Below the pieces are notes generated by a model. That model did no database searches and was not told where the DNA came from. It saw nothing but the letters and a program-made list of their open reading frames with translations. 64,000 nucleotides of DNA from the human T2T-CHM13v2.0 reference genome, Homo sapiens. Below are positions 1-12,920 of the stretch, piece after piece. Position 1 is the first letter of the stretch. Every line of letters starts with the position of its first letter. The translations under genes and the position numbers were made by a program. Where the stretch lies: the NCBI RefSeq assembly GCF_009914755.1, contig NC_060939.1. One strand, written 5' to 3'.

Positions 1-190
1 AAAAAAAAAAAAAAAAAAAAGAACATACAAACAGCCTGTTTTACATCAACATTTTCCCCTAGATTTAGCATCCATTGATTATTTTTGCCTGATTTAATCT
101 TTATCATTATGGTTACAACGTGATGATTTTTCCAACTCCAGCACTCCCTTTACATTTACCAGGTAGCCTTCAGCATTCTAATCTAAGCAA

Positions 191-776
<586 letters not shown>

Positions 777-1690
777 TAACAAATCATTGGTATTGTGTCT
801 GTTATAAATCATACTAATAATAGTATGAAGTTTTTTCTACTAGTTTATAATTTATTACTGTACTTAATTATTTTGGTGCTTAAATTGTACCAGATTTGGC
901 CAGTTGAGTATCCCCTACATCTGGCTCTTACACGGGACAAAGTGTTTAACATAATTTCTGAGTGTGTTTTCTGTTCATTTAGAAGCAGTATTTTTATACT
1001 TTCTTATACTTCATTTTGATGAATGAAAAGGGCAAAGCATTAAACAAAATAATCCTGGTAGATCAATGAACTTTGTTTAAATAATTAATAGCACAAAGCA
1101 ATCAAAGCATGTAGATATAGGTTCTCTCAGAGTAGTCCATTTTTAGGTCCATAGGATGAGGTCATTATTTTTATGTTCTTTGTGTCTCCCAGCTTCATTG
1201 CTCCAACCTCCTGGCTCTTAAAGGGCCAATTGATGTATGACATCATCCCCTCAAAATGGGCTGGAGACAGCAAAACAAAGTAATATTCTCTTCCTTCCCT
1301 TGGGAAGACTAAGTGTGCCTATGTGGTGTGCACATCTCATGAGGATGACTCTAGTGGCCATATAGAGTTCTATCTATAGAGTTAGAAGAATAACTCTAAT
1401 CATCTTCATGAATTTTTTATAAGAATGATCTCAATAGAACTTGTCTTCATTAGGTTAGAAAAGGCAATAAATATTCTAAAAACTCATAATGACCTATTTA
1501 CTTTTATAATTGAGAGGTTATATTTTATTCTATTCATACAACTCTTGTTTTTCTGATTCTTTTTTAAGGCATATTCCCTATATTCTTTTCTTCCCATGTT
1601 CTAATTGTCCTGTTTTCTTCAAATAGGTAATTTAATTTTATTTAAATAGGATCTCATTTTCTTGAAAATAATTCTGTATTTCTTTCCTAG

Positions 1691-1823
1691 CGCTACCTTG
1701 ATGAAGCAGACAGAGATAAGGAGCGTTACATGAAGGAACTGGAACAGTATCAGAAAACAGAGGCCTACAAGGTCTTCAGTAGGAAAACCCAGGACCGTCA
1801 GAAAGGCAAATCTCATAGGCAAG
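1691..1823 (+). CDS. HMG20A: HMG20A coding exon (end of HMG box; RYLDEADRDKERYMKELEQYQKTEAYKVFSRKTQDRQKGKSHRQ), 133 nt, phase 0-1
   Basis: Acceptor tctttcctag|CGC and donor CAAG|gtatca. The translation matches HMG20A HMG-box helix 3 as I recall it, and the frame joins the next exon. Confidence 0.97.
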
Positions 1824-2563
1824 GTATCAAAACCAGAACCAAATGTATTTGTAGTTTGTTGTGGGTGATGGAGTGTCATAAAGCCAACTGTTAAGAGTGG
1901 TAACTATAAAAGATGTGTTTCTGTTTTTTCTCCACTATCCAGTATTCACTTACAAGCATTATCTTGAAATTTTATTAAAATCACATTGCTCTCATTTAGA
2001 AATTTCAACTGGGTTTCCGTGTCTATTATCAATGATTTTGACTTGTCCTCCGAGACCCCTGTTAGTTGCCTGCCCTTCTTTTCCTGATTCCCAGTTTAGG
2101 CATTTCTCTGCCTGTAAGCAAGCCTATCTACAAAATTATATCAGTAACTTGCCTTTAACACTTCTAAGCCTTTCATGTGTCATTTTTGAAGCACCATCCA
2201 CAACTAGCCTATTTTTCCTTAGCCATTGCATCTTCTCTATACTTGGGTATCTAGCCTGCTAAAATTATAGATGTTGTATAAGTAGTCTTTGGTTTGTGTC
2301 TTCTGTCCACTCTTCCACCCTTTTCTCCCTAAAGTTAAGAACTGTGTCTGCTGTTTCTCTTATGCCTAATTATGAATTCTGTAGGCATGGGGTTCCCTTA
2401 CTTTTGTTGGCTGACCGATTAATAAAGCCTTAAGGAAAAATATCATATGTTATGAGAATCTACATATACAAGCAGGTTTTATAGTTTGGCAGAGTCGTAT
2501 ACTTGGGTTTTGTTATTGCTTTCTTTTTAAATGTAATGTTCTCTTATTCTTTTATATTTTTAG

Positions 2564-2595
2564 ATGCAGCCCGGCAGGCCACTCATGATCATGAG
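2564..2595 (+). CDS. HMG20A: HMG20A 32-nt micro-exon ((D)AARQATHDHE), phase 1-0
   Basis: Long T-rich tract ttttatatttttag|ATG, donor GAG|gtaatt. It keeps the frame between the flanking exons. Confidence 0.95.
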
Positions 2596-2986
2596 GTAAT
2601 TAGCCATCTGTCTACATATCATATATATGTATTTATAATAATGTTGCTTTTTGAAATGCTATTGGATTTTTTTTTTTTTAATGAATGGCAAAGTATTTCC
2701 TATCTCGTAATTCAGATTAAATGAGATACTTTAGCTTGGGGGTTCTTAGCATATGGCAGACACTTACGTTGTGTGTCTGTCATTGAACTACAGCCCCTAA
2801 CCTCAATCCTTTCCTGTGATCTGAGAATTTTATTGGCTTTAAATGCCAAAGATGGCTGGAATTTGGAATGAAGTATAGAAATGAGGGCTAGCTGAAAGCT
2901 ATAACATGACCATAGTTTATCATCACCAAATACTTAAATCTGACTCTCAGAAAAGTTGTTATTTAAAGAATCCAGCATTTGCTTAA

Positions 2987-3354
<368 letters not shown>

Positions 3355-5134
3355 CAGTATCTCAGTTCTCACACCTCCTTTCCTATTCCCTCACTTCACT
3401 AGCACATGTTTGTGTACTGGCTTCTTTCCTCCCACTTGGTTCAGCCCCATTGTTAGGATTTAGGCCTGTGTTTCTGTGTGTGTATGGGATTTAGGTGTGT
3501 GTGTTGTTTCAAATTCTGTTTTCTCCTTCAAACTTTTCTTGTTTCCTCTAACTTCCTTTAACCCTCATGGCTCTCTATACTTGTGTTATGTGCTTAGCTG
3601 ATCTGACCTAGGGGTTTTGAGGTAATTCAAGGGCTCACACTCTTTGGTTGTAATGTCTTTGTGGACATACACAGTCTAGTTTCCATCTTTATATCCAACC
3701 CCATACCACCTATCATGATACCTTTGCCTTGAGAAGGTATTCCACAAATGATTATTTTATGGAATCTATTCAAAGTTGACCTGAAATAACTGAGAATTTG
3801 AACAAAAAGAATTTTCTGATGTACTCTTTTACATGTGTTTGGTTTTTTACTAAATCAAGGAAATGTTGGTTACCTTAAAACATAGAGAAAAGATTCAGAT
3901 TCACAGGTCAAATAGACGTTATTACCATCTATGAATTATAAAGTGAGAAGCATAGTAAATATTTACATTTTATTCTTCAGATAAATCCTATATAAATGTA
4001 ATTATATATGACATTCTATGCTCTAATTAGGATGAAATGTTATGTTGTTTTGCTGGAGAAACTTTGTATGTATTCTTTGTATTTTAAATCATAATAATAT
4101 TGTAAACTTTTCATATTAGCAGACATTTGTATAATTACTTCTCTCTTTCTTTGCCTGTGTGCCCAGCTATCAATATCATGAAATTCCTGTGCTTCTTTTT
4201 TTCTCTATTTTATAGCTTCTCTATCCTTAACAGTTACCAAAGAGAATTTGGACAGTAACCTGAAACATTAGATCTCACATTTTCTAGTCAGTCATCTGAA
4301 TAGGTGTCAGTCATCTGACTCATTTCATCACTATGAATTTTGCTGGCCAAACTATATGTAGCATTTTTGTCTTCAGTAAACTTGATAGTTGCAGTCAGAA
4401 AAGATGTAGATTTAGTCTGTATCATAGAACCTGCTGCTGATTATTTGAGAAGTGAAGGTGTTTATTCAGATACATTAGTGTGATATGAATTTCTGTAATT
4501 TCTGTGATTTGCAAAAAGAAGTGAGTCTCTGTATTTCCCTGTTACAGGATTAGACACATGTTAAACCAAACAAAAAAAAGGAGTGAGTAGATGGAGAGCC
4601 AGCAGTTGTTTCTTAAAAGGTTATACAGTAGGTTCTGTAAATCCATGTGTTGGTATGGCCACAGCAGGATAAAGCTCCTTTAGTAAGCGTGTTGACCCAA
4701 TTAATGTCCCTTACTTCATCCATTTTTATTTTTCACTGAATAATATGTTTCCTAAATTAGATAATTTTAGAACAATTGCAGTATAAAAGAACTGATTTGA
4801 AAGTTTTAAAACTGTTTTTAAACACTGTTACCCAGTAATTTTCTTACATATAACTTCTTAGTATAATAGAAGTTCAGAAAAATAGCACTATGGGTGAAAA
4901 GCAGCCGCAGAAGGAGCCCATGGAAAGGAGTAATTGAATCAGGACTTAAAAATGACCTAGGTTTTGTGGGCATCTCAGGGTGGGTAAAATGGCTCGAGCA
5001 GAGGTATGAGTAAGTTTTTAATAAAAGAGCAAATATCTTGCAGTGTCTAAAGACCATAGATCCTAAATACATACTTATTTCCCTTTACTTATCCTATGAG
5101 GAGTAAAACACTGAGACTCAGTGATCCTCTCAAC

Positions 5135-5300
5135 TGACCACCTCATTTTGCCAGTGAGGAAAGTGACTTGCCTAAGACAGTATATAGAATGGAAAGAATT
5201 TACCCAGAATCACTTACTGAATTAAATTAGAGGCAGAATTGTGACAGAAACCCAGGCCTTCTGTGTCATAGTCTAACATTCTTGACAGCACAGTGCCATG
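5135..5300 (-). mobile_element. MIR fragment
   Basis: aagtgacttgcctaag ... gaggcagaa...gaaacccagg core. Confidence 0.55.
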
Positions 5301-6967
5301 CTACATAGCATAAATTACAGCGTTGAAAGTAAAAATGGGCCTCGTTGCCCAAGGTGTCAGCAAAATGTGTTGCCAGTTAAGTAAACTATTTGGTTTGTGT
5401 ATAGTAAAGAAACCTATTGTATTCCTAAATGAAACTTGGATCCCTAAGTCATTGTTACCAAGGCAGGTACTGGAGAGGGCATATTAGAGCTAAAGAAATG
5501 CTGACCTGAAAGCCATTCTGCATAGCAGTGGGGCACTTCAGGCTGGTACACAATGTTAAGAGCATTTCCCAAAGTAAAAGTCTCTTGAGAGAAGCACATA
5601 TCACACTCTTTGAAATTCTGGCCCTGAGCCTAGATCACAGCAAAATAGGTTCAGTTCAAAAGGGCCTCTTTTCTCTTAACCTCCACTCAATATATAGAAT
5701 GGAAACCAAAGTGAAGAATATTCTTGCTCCTCTCAAATCGAAAGCCAGCCCACTAGACCCAAGAGTTAGCGAGTATTACTCTCAAGAAAGTGTCTATATC
5801 TCATGTGAAAACTAAGATAGAAACAATAATTTTGTTTCTCCTTTAATTTATGAGAAATGACAGAATGACACTCAGCTTGAACAAATTAGACCCTTTCAGT
5901 GAAAGGGTAATCAGATCCTTATGATTTTAATCCTTTGAGCTATCCTTGGAGCAGCTTAAGTACACCCAAGCCCCCAGGAGGATCCTCTCCATGCCGTGAA
6001 ATGTGCTCAGTAATGGAAGAGCGCTGATGGTTTTTATTACCACTCTTCCATTAAGTAGAATTTCTCTGTTACCTTTCAGAGACTGAACAGTTTCATTGAA
6101 TTGCTTTAATGTTTCTTATTTTGTGCTCTGAGAATCTGTACCAAGGGGCAGTGTGTTAATGCACCTATGTGGTGCTGTCCTCTGCCCTTACATAATTAGC
6201 TTGATTTGGACTGCTCTGGCAAAGAAGAGAAAAGATTACCAGTCTGAGGAGAGTCAAGACTTTGGAGGAGAGGGATCTTTGTACCATGGTAATGGGAGCC
6301 AAGCGTCTCCACTTTACCCATCTAACTGGCAGATATTGAGACGTATAGCTTAGGTAACTGATCTCATGTAACTGCAGTTAAGTTGGAGATTGAATAAGAT
6401 AGGATGATAATGTCCTAAGTCTTTATGCTGTCATCTGTGGACTTATGTTTATATCTGTTATGCCTTGTGCATGTTGGGATTGTGTGTCATTAAGTTTTGT
6501 TTTCCTGCAGCAGCCCAGTAACAGTTAAAGCATATGGGAAGCCAGCAAATTTGAGAGAAAGCCACTGCGAAATATGGCTAAGATTCCTTCTGGAACCAGC
6601 CTTTCTTGTTCATACATTAGTTTCCATTGAAATCCCCTAGGAACTGGCTCGAGGTAGAGCTTTGCATGTTGAAACTTGGGACTTTCGATTGATAATTTTG
6701 TTGTTCATTTTCAAATTATTCTGGGAAACTTTGCTTTCTTTTGTTAGGAAGAAAAATACAAGTAGAAATTAAGTGCTCTGAAATTACATAGCTTTTCAGT
6801 GTCTTTCTTGCTCAGCTGCCATTGGCAGGTGGTTCACACAGCCCAGCCCCCTTACTAGGCGGCCACCGTTATGAATACAGGAGCTCGGGTGTCAGATTTC
6901 CCTCTTAAGCTGTGAACTGCTTAGCTTTTCTACTGGGCACCAAGTCATTTTTGTGTTCAAAGATTTA

Positions 6968-7393
<426 letters not shown>

Positions 7394-8337
7394 TTATAAA
7401 GGTCCTGGGATCTTAAGATTTCACTAGCAGTTTCTTCATTTCTCACTTCCTGCCATTTTACCACCTTTGTTATGGAAAATTTTGAACATTATGCCAACAC
7501 ACTTAAAATTAATATTCACAATGCTTTCAACTTCAAATTCATTTTAGAAACGACAGCCAAAGCATCTTGAGTTATTGACTTTATTCTTAAAGATCATTGT
7601 GGAATATATTTTGCAATGATCTTGTGAGGCTTTTTTATTTTTAATGGCTTATTGGTGAATTAATTTTAGGCTTTGTTATTCTTTTGTATCTCACATAATC
7701 GTTTGCTTTCTAATTTTTAGAGCCTGGTTATTTCTGATTTCTCGGTCTCATGTGTTTGTTTGTTTATTTTTCCTGTGTCTAAAGAAAATCTAAAAGACCC
7801 CAAAGATAGGCTGCCTCTCTTAAGTAAATAGAAGTACCAATGGAATATCATAATTATTGCTCATAGCAGTTACATTTCTGCTTAAAATTCTTATTGTCCA
7901 CTCTGCAAATTTATATTGCATAATCTTATCTCAGGGAGCATTTTACATGCATAACCAACAAAAGTGACTGAAAAAAAACTACTCTTTCTCAATTCCCACT
8001 GCAATCACTTTCACAACTGTATACTGTTGACTATTCAAAACACAAGGCTAAGAAATGGCTTCAAATTCTCCATTAGGGAAATTTACGTAACTTTGTTTTA
8101 AGGTTTCTAATTGCACAGTAGTTGTATACCTGAGAGAAGTGAATACTTTACCTGCTTAAGCTCTGTGAAAGTTGGATTCCAATGAAAAGATGAATACATT
8201 TCCCTCACAGACTCACCTGGACTGATTCCTGCTCACCCTATTCTTTCTTTAAAGAAGACATGATCATTGTCTTCAGGCACTATTATTTAATTTATCTTCT
8301 ATTAAGAATTAACTGTTTTGTTCCTCTTGATTCACAG

Positions 8338-8413
8338 AAAGAAACAGAGGTAAAGGAACGGTCTGTTTTTGACATCCCTATATTTACAGAGGAATTCTTG
8401 AACCATAGCAAAG
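8338..8413 (+). CDS. HMG20A: HMG20A coding exon (KETEVKERSVFDIPIFTEEFLNHSK), 76 nt, phase 0-1
   Basis: Acceptor ttcacag|AAA, donor AAAG|gtgatt. Contains the FDIPIFTEEFL motif typical of HMG20A/B. Confidence 0.97.
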
Positions 8414-9077
8414 GTGATTACTGAAGTTTCTTTTTGTGTTTCTCAGATTTTTGACAGGGGACTTAGTTCTCAGAAGAAATTCATTGCTCAAAAGCAATGG
8501 TAGTGTTATCCCTCCTTAGGACTACTCAAAGACCAGTGAAGGAAAGCTAGGGCATTGTTGTCAAAGCTTCTTTGGTCTCTGGATGAAAGGAAATAAATGC
8601 AAATCACAAATTCACTTGTCTTCAAACTCTTAGCCTGGAACCCCTTGCACAAATAAAAACTTACATGGGAGTCCAAAATATAAAATAAGTAAGAGCAAGT
8701 CTGATCCCATTGTGGTAAAGATGGGTACCTACAGCTGTGCTTGGCCAGTCTCCCAGGATCCCCCTGCAAAACCCCTCAGGCTTCTGATTGTACAATTTAA
8801 AAAGCAAAAACTAACAAACAAAAAAATACTGGGAATTGAAACTGTTTGTTGCAATCTTATGTATGGAATGTGACTAGCTTTAAGAATTAAAATAGCTCTG
8901 GGGAGTCAGGCGTTTCATTGCTGAAATTGCTATCTGGAATGCCATAATGAGAATAGGGAGATGAGGTGGGGTAGCTAAATTAGAGGCAGCTAAGCAGAAC
9001 TTCCCTGTAAGAGTCATTGGGACTCCTCAGAGACTCCTTCTAGTGCTGCATGTGTTCTGTGGGATGTATGTCCTCAG

Positions 9078-9293
9078 CTCGGGAAGCAGAGCTCCGCCAG
9101 CTTCGCAAATCCAACATGGAGTTTGAGGAGAGGAATGCAGCCCTGCAAAAGCACGTGGAGAGCATGCGCACAGCAGTGGAGAAGCTGGAGGTGGATGTGA
9201 TCCAGGAGCGGAGCCGCAACACAGTCTTACAGCAGCACCTGGAGACCCTGCGGCAGGTGCTGACCAGCAGCTTTGCCAGCATGCCCTTGCCTG
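9078..9293 (+). CDS. HMG20A: HMG20A coiled-coil exon ((A)REAELRQLRKSNMEFEERNAALQKHVESM...LTSSFASMPLP), 216 nt, phase 1-1
   Basis: Acceptor tcctcag|CT, consensus donor CTG|gtaagt. Heptad-rich translation visible in ORF 9050..9388. Confidence 0.97.
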
Positions 9294-9961
9294 GTAAGTC
9301 CTCCTGCCTGAGAACTGTCAGTGACAGGGGTGTGTGTGTTGTGTGGAGTGGGGTGCTGTTTATGTTAGTACTGGTGTGGAGAGATTGAAATCTCCTCCAG
9401 AGGAAAATTAATTAAACTACATTTTTTCTTCTCTGGATATAATAGAATGTCAGTATTGGCTAAAATCGTCCAATGTTTCAGGCTCTCTGGTCATTCAAAT
9501 TTTTGTCCATTTATATTTTAATATCTATTTTCCCCTCTTTTAAGCTTAATTTGCTATTCAGAACACTGGAAACTGAGTAGTAAATCTTGAGAGTGTTTCT
9601 TCTTATGTATGTTTGTTTGCTTTTTAGTTGTTTTTGTTTTAACGGGAAGGAAGGGAGAATGAACACTGGTATTTCTTATATACTCTTTCATTTTGAAGAT
9701 AGTCATAGCAGAAAGCTGAGCGAGTCTAACCTTCTGTTACATGCAGCTGCTCATATATACTATACAGCAATTATATAGCCCATCTGTTTATTTAGAGTAT
9801 GTGGACTAATTTCATTTCTTTGAGATCTAAAAGTCTCTCCTCTAAAATTAAAAGCATGTCTGTGGAGCAGACCACATTAGAATCACTGTTTCTTTGAAAT
9901 TGTGTTTTATGGTACAACTGAATAGGGAGGATTTTCTTACTTTCTTCTTATCTCACTTCAG

Positions 9962-10098
9962 GAAGTGGAGAGACACCTACAGTGGACACCATTGACTCAT
10001 ATATGAACAGACTGCACAGTATTATTTTAGCTAATCCCCAAGACAATGAAAACTTCATAGCTACAGTTCGAGAAGTTGTGAACAGACTCGATCGTTAG
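9962..10098 (+). CDS. HMG20A: HMG20A last coding exon ((G)SGETPTVDTIDSYMNRLHSIILANPQDNENFIATVREVVNRLDR*); exon continues as UTR to 10104
   Basis: Pyrimidine-rich acceptor ending cacttcag|GA, TAG at 10096-10098, donor ATG|gtgagt at 10105. Confidence 0.97.
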
Positions 10099-10282
10099 GG
10101 AATGGTGAGTGCTCACTGATAAATATTTATATGCCAGCACATCATCAAAAATAAGATGTCATCAGACTTTATCAATACTACTAAAACCCTGGGATTACAT
10201 TGGATGAACAAGTTGGAGACTTGGTTAAGATTCCTGTTGCATGGTTGTTAAATGTAGTAAATAATATTAGAAAAGAGAATCA

Positions 10283-10378
10283 CTGTAGTCCCAGCTACTT
10301 GGGAGGCTGAGGTGGGAGGATTGCTTGAGCCCAGCAGTTCAAGTCCAGAGAGATCCTGTCTCTAAAAATAAAAGAAAA
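10283..10378 (+). mobile_element. Short Alu monomer fragment
   Basis: ctgtagtcccagctacttgggaggctgaggtgggaggattgcttgagccc followed by an A-rich tail. Confidence 0.8.
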
Positions 10379-10793
10379 CAGACTCAAGACAGTTTTTTCT
10401 TATGCTTGCTTCAGAATGGTTTAATGGGAAAAGCATGGTTTTTATGGCTTGACCTCATTTCTAGCTTTGTCACTTATTAGCTGTATTCTTGGGCATTAGT
10501 TTCCCAAAAGGTTTTGAAAAGTGAGTGGGAAACTTAGAAGAAATCATCCCCAAAACAGCACTCAGAACAAAATAAATATAACTTAATTTTTAATCTTCCT
10601 TTTCTCTGGAAAATACTAATGATAATTTAGAAGTAGTCAGTGAGACATTGTATGTATGTGAGCCTACATAAGTAGGAAGCTTTTATATTCACCACTCAAT
10701 AACACAGTGACTGTTGTCTGTTAAATGTTGATGTGGACTCACCATACAAACAGGTAACTCCCTGGTTTTGATAGATTAAAAAATAAACTCTTC

Positions 10794-11109
10794 AGCCAGG
10801 TGCAATGGCTCACACCTGTAAGCCTAGCAGTTTGGGAGGTCAAGGCAGGCAGATCGCTGGAGTCCAGGTTCAAGACCAGTCTGGGCAACATGACAAAACC
10901 CCGTATCTACAAAAAATACAAAAAATTAGCCAGGCATGGTGGTATGCGCTTGTGGTCCCAGCTGCTTGGGAGGCTAAAGTGGGAGGATCACTTGGGCTTA
11001 GAAGGTCAAGGCGAGGCTGCAGTGAGCCATTATCAGACCACTGCATGCCAGCCTGGGTGACAGAGCAAGACACTGTCTCAAAAATTTTTTTAAATAAAAA
11101 ATAAATAAA
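10794..11109 (+). mobile_element. AluJ
   Basis: Full dimer flanked by aaataaactctt on both sides. Confidence 0.9.
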
Positions 11110-11114
11110 CTCTT

Positions 11115-11426
11115 GGTGGGGCACAGTGGCTCACACCTGTAGTCCTAGCACTTTGGGAGGTTGAGGCAGTATTGCCTGAGCCCAGGAGTTCAAGACCAGC
11201 TTGGGCAAAATAGTGAGACCCCTGCTTTAAAAAAAAATGAAAAAAATTAGCTGAGCATGATGGCGCACACCTATAGTCCTAGCTACTCAGGAGGCTGAGG
11301 CAGGAGGATCACTTAATCCCAGGAGTTCAGGTTTCAGTAAGCTAGGGTCACACTAGTGTATTCTAGCCAGGGTAACAGAGCAAGATTCTGTCTCAAAAAA
11401 AAAAAAAACAAAATAAAAATATAAAA
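11115..11426 (+). mobile_element. AluJ (tandem with the previous Alu)
   Basis: Full dimer with J-type gagcccaggagttc and an A tail. Confidence 0.9.
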
Positions 11427-12769
11427 TTCTCAATAAGCAAAAAAGAGAGAGAAAATAAGTTTTTAAAAAATATGTTCAACAAATGAGCAGTAGTATGTAT
11501 CCTTTTTTTTTTTTTTTCCAGAAGAGATCTACCCATGACACTTTTTGGTACTAATGGTCATTTCTCAAATGGAATTGGTATTTATTCATTCAAATTCCTA
11601 GAGATAGGATACCCCTTTACTATGCCATCCCACAAAACTGGCATCCCTTTGCTCTATTGGTTAAGTTATTCCATACCTGCAGACATATAAACTGTGTGGA
11701 AATTTTAAGATTAGACTCTACAATGAGGTGGCCATATATGGATACTAAAATAAGAGTCAACAGCAGGATATGTTCCTTAGAATGGTCATGGGTTTGAATC
11801 TTTATTTGTCCTGTGAGTACATGAGCACACTCATATACATAATTTATATTCTGGTTTGGTTTGGACTTTGAGCAACATATATAAAGATAAATGCCTAGTA
11901 AAGACAAAGGCAGAAGTCTTTATACTTCTTGGTGATGCCCTTGGATGGTAACTGTACAAGGCAATGCATTATATTTTAGCCTCAGCCATGCTCTGATGGG
12001 GAAAGGATTACTATCCTTCTAGGGAGTAGCCAGATGGAATGGACTGTACTTCTTAGAGATGGCTGGACTCCCTGCAGAATAAAGAAGTGGCATTACTGCT
12101 GCTGCTTATGAAGGGAACAGCTTGTAAATCTAGGCCTGGGATATTCAGGAGCTCATCATCCTTCCCATTTTCGTACAGTGTTTTCAATTAGCACTCTTGT
12201 AGGCTTGAAAAGTGAGAGCTGGGAGAAACAGTGTGGAAGATTGTGAAAGAAAACATTAATTGATAACATCGTGTCTCTTCACATAGATACAGGGCAGCTA
12301 ATTAAGTATTGACCCAAAAGTGGTTTTCCATTTTGAGCATTTTGCCAGTAAGACTCTCCTAAAGCTTTTTTCATCTCAAGAGTATAAACTATATTATTTG
12401 TTTTCTGATGAGTCTTTGAAAACTTAGAATATTACTATTATCCTTGATTTTAACCTACAAATATTTTGCCCCTGAAAAAATAGCTAAAAGTGTGAACTGT
12501 TATATTACTACAGATTCTTACAGTCTAGCCATGCAAACATAACTAACAATAGATGGTTCCCCACACCCCCAAAACTGTCAAAGGAAACAATTACAAAGAC
12601 TGTGATTAATACTGGTTTGGCCTCATTATACAAATATGTACAGACAGCGAGGCTGATGTCCCCAGCACTCATGATGCAATTAATTACTCTGACAAGAGTT
12701 TGGCAAAGTTTTCATCCACTGTCAGGAGCCAGTGAGTGAAGGGAAGCTAATGGTCTACAAGTTTCAGAG

Positions 12770-12920
12770 GAGCATATTAGGGACCTTTAGAAATCTAACA
12801 TTTTATATATGAAGAAACTGAATCCCAGAGAGGAGAAACATCTTGCTTGAAAATATCTGCGTAGATGAGTACAGAATCCAAGACTAGAACCACAGATATC
12901 TAAACTCTCTCATTCACTGG
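12770..12920 (-). mobile_element. MIR fragment
   Basis: atgaagaaactgaatcccagagagg core. Confidence 0.55.

Noticed and set aside
1-20. Poly-A run at the window edge
   Set aside because: Probably the tail of a retroposon outside the window; it cannot be classified.
4287-4318. 13-bp direct repeat GTCAGTCATCTGA (similar short duplications at ~30999 and ~36500)
   Set aside because: Short local slippage-type duplications with no further structure.
9050-9388. 112-aa ORF as a stand-alone gene
   Set aside because: It is the HMG20A exon 9078-9293 plus intronic read-through on both sides.
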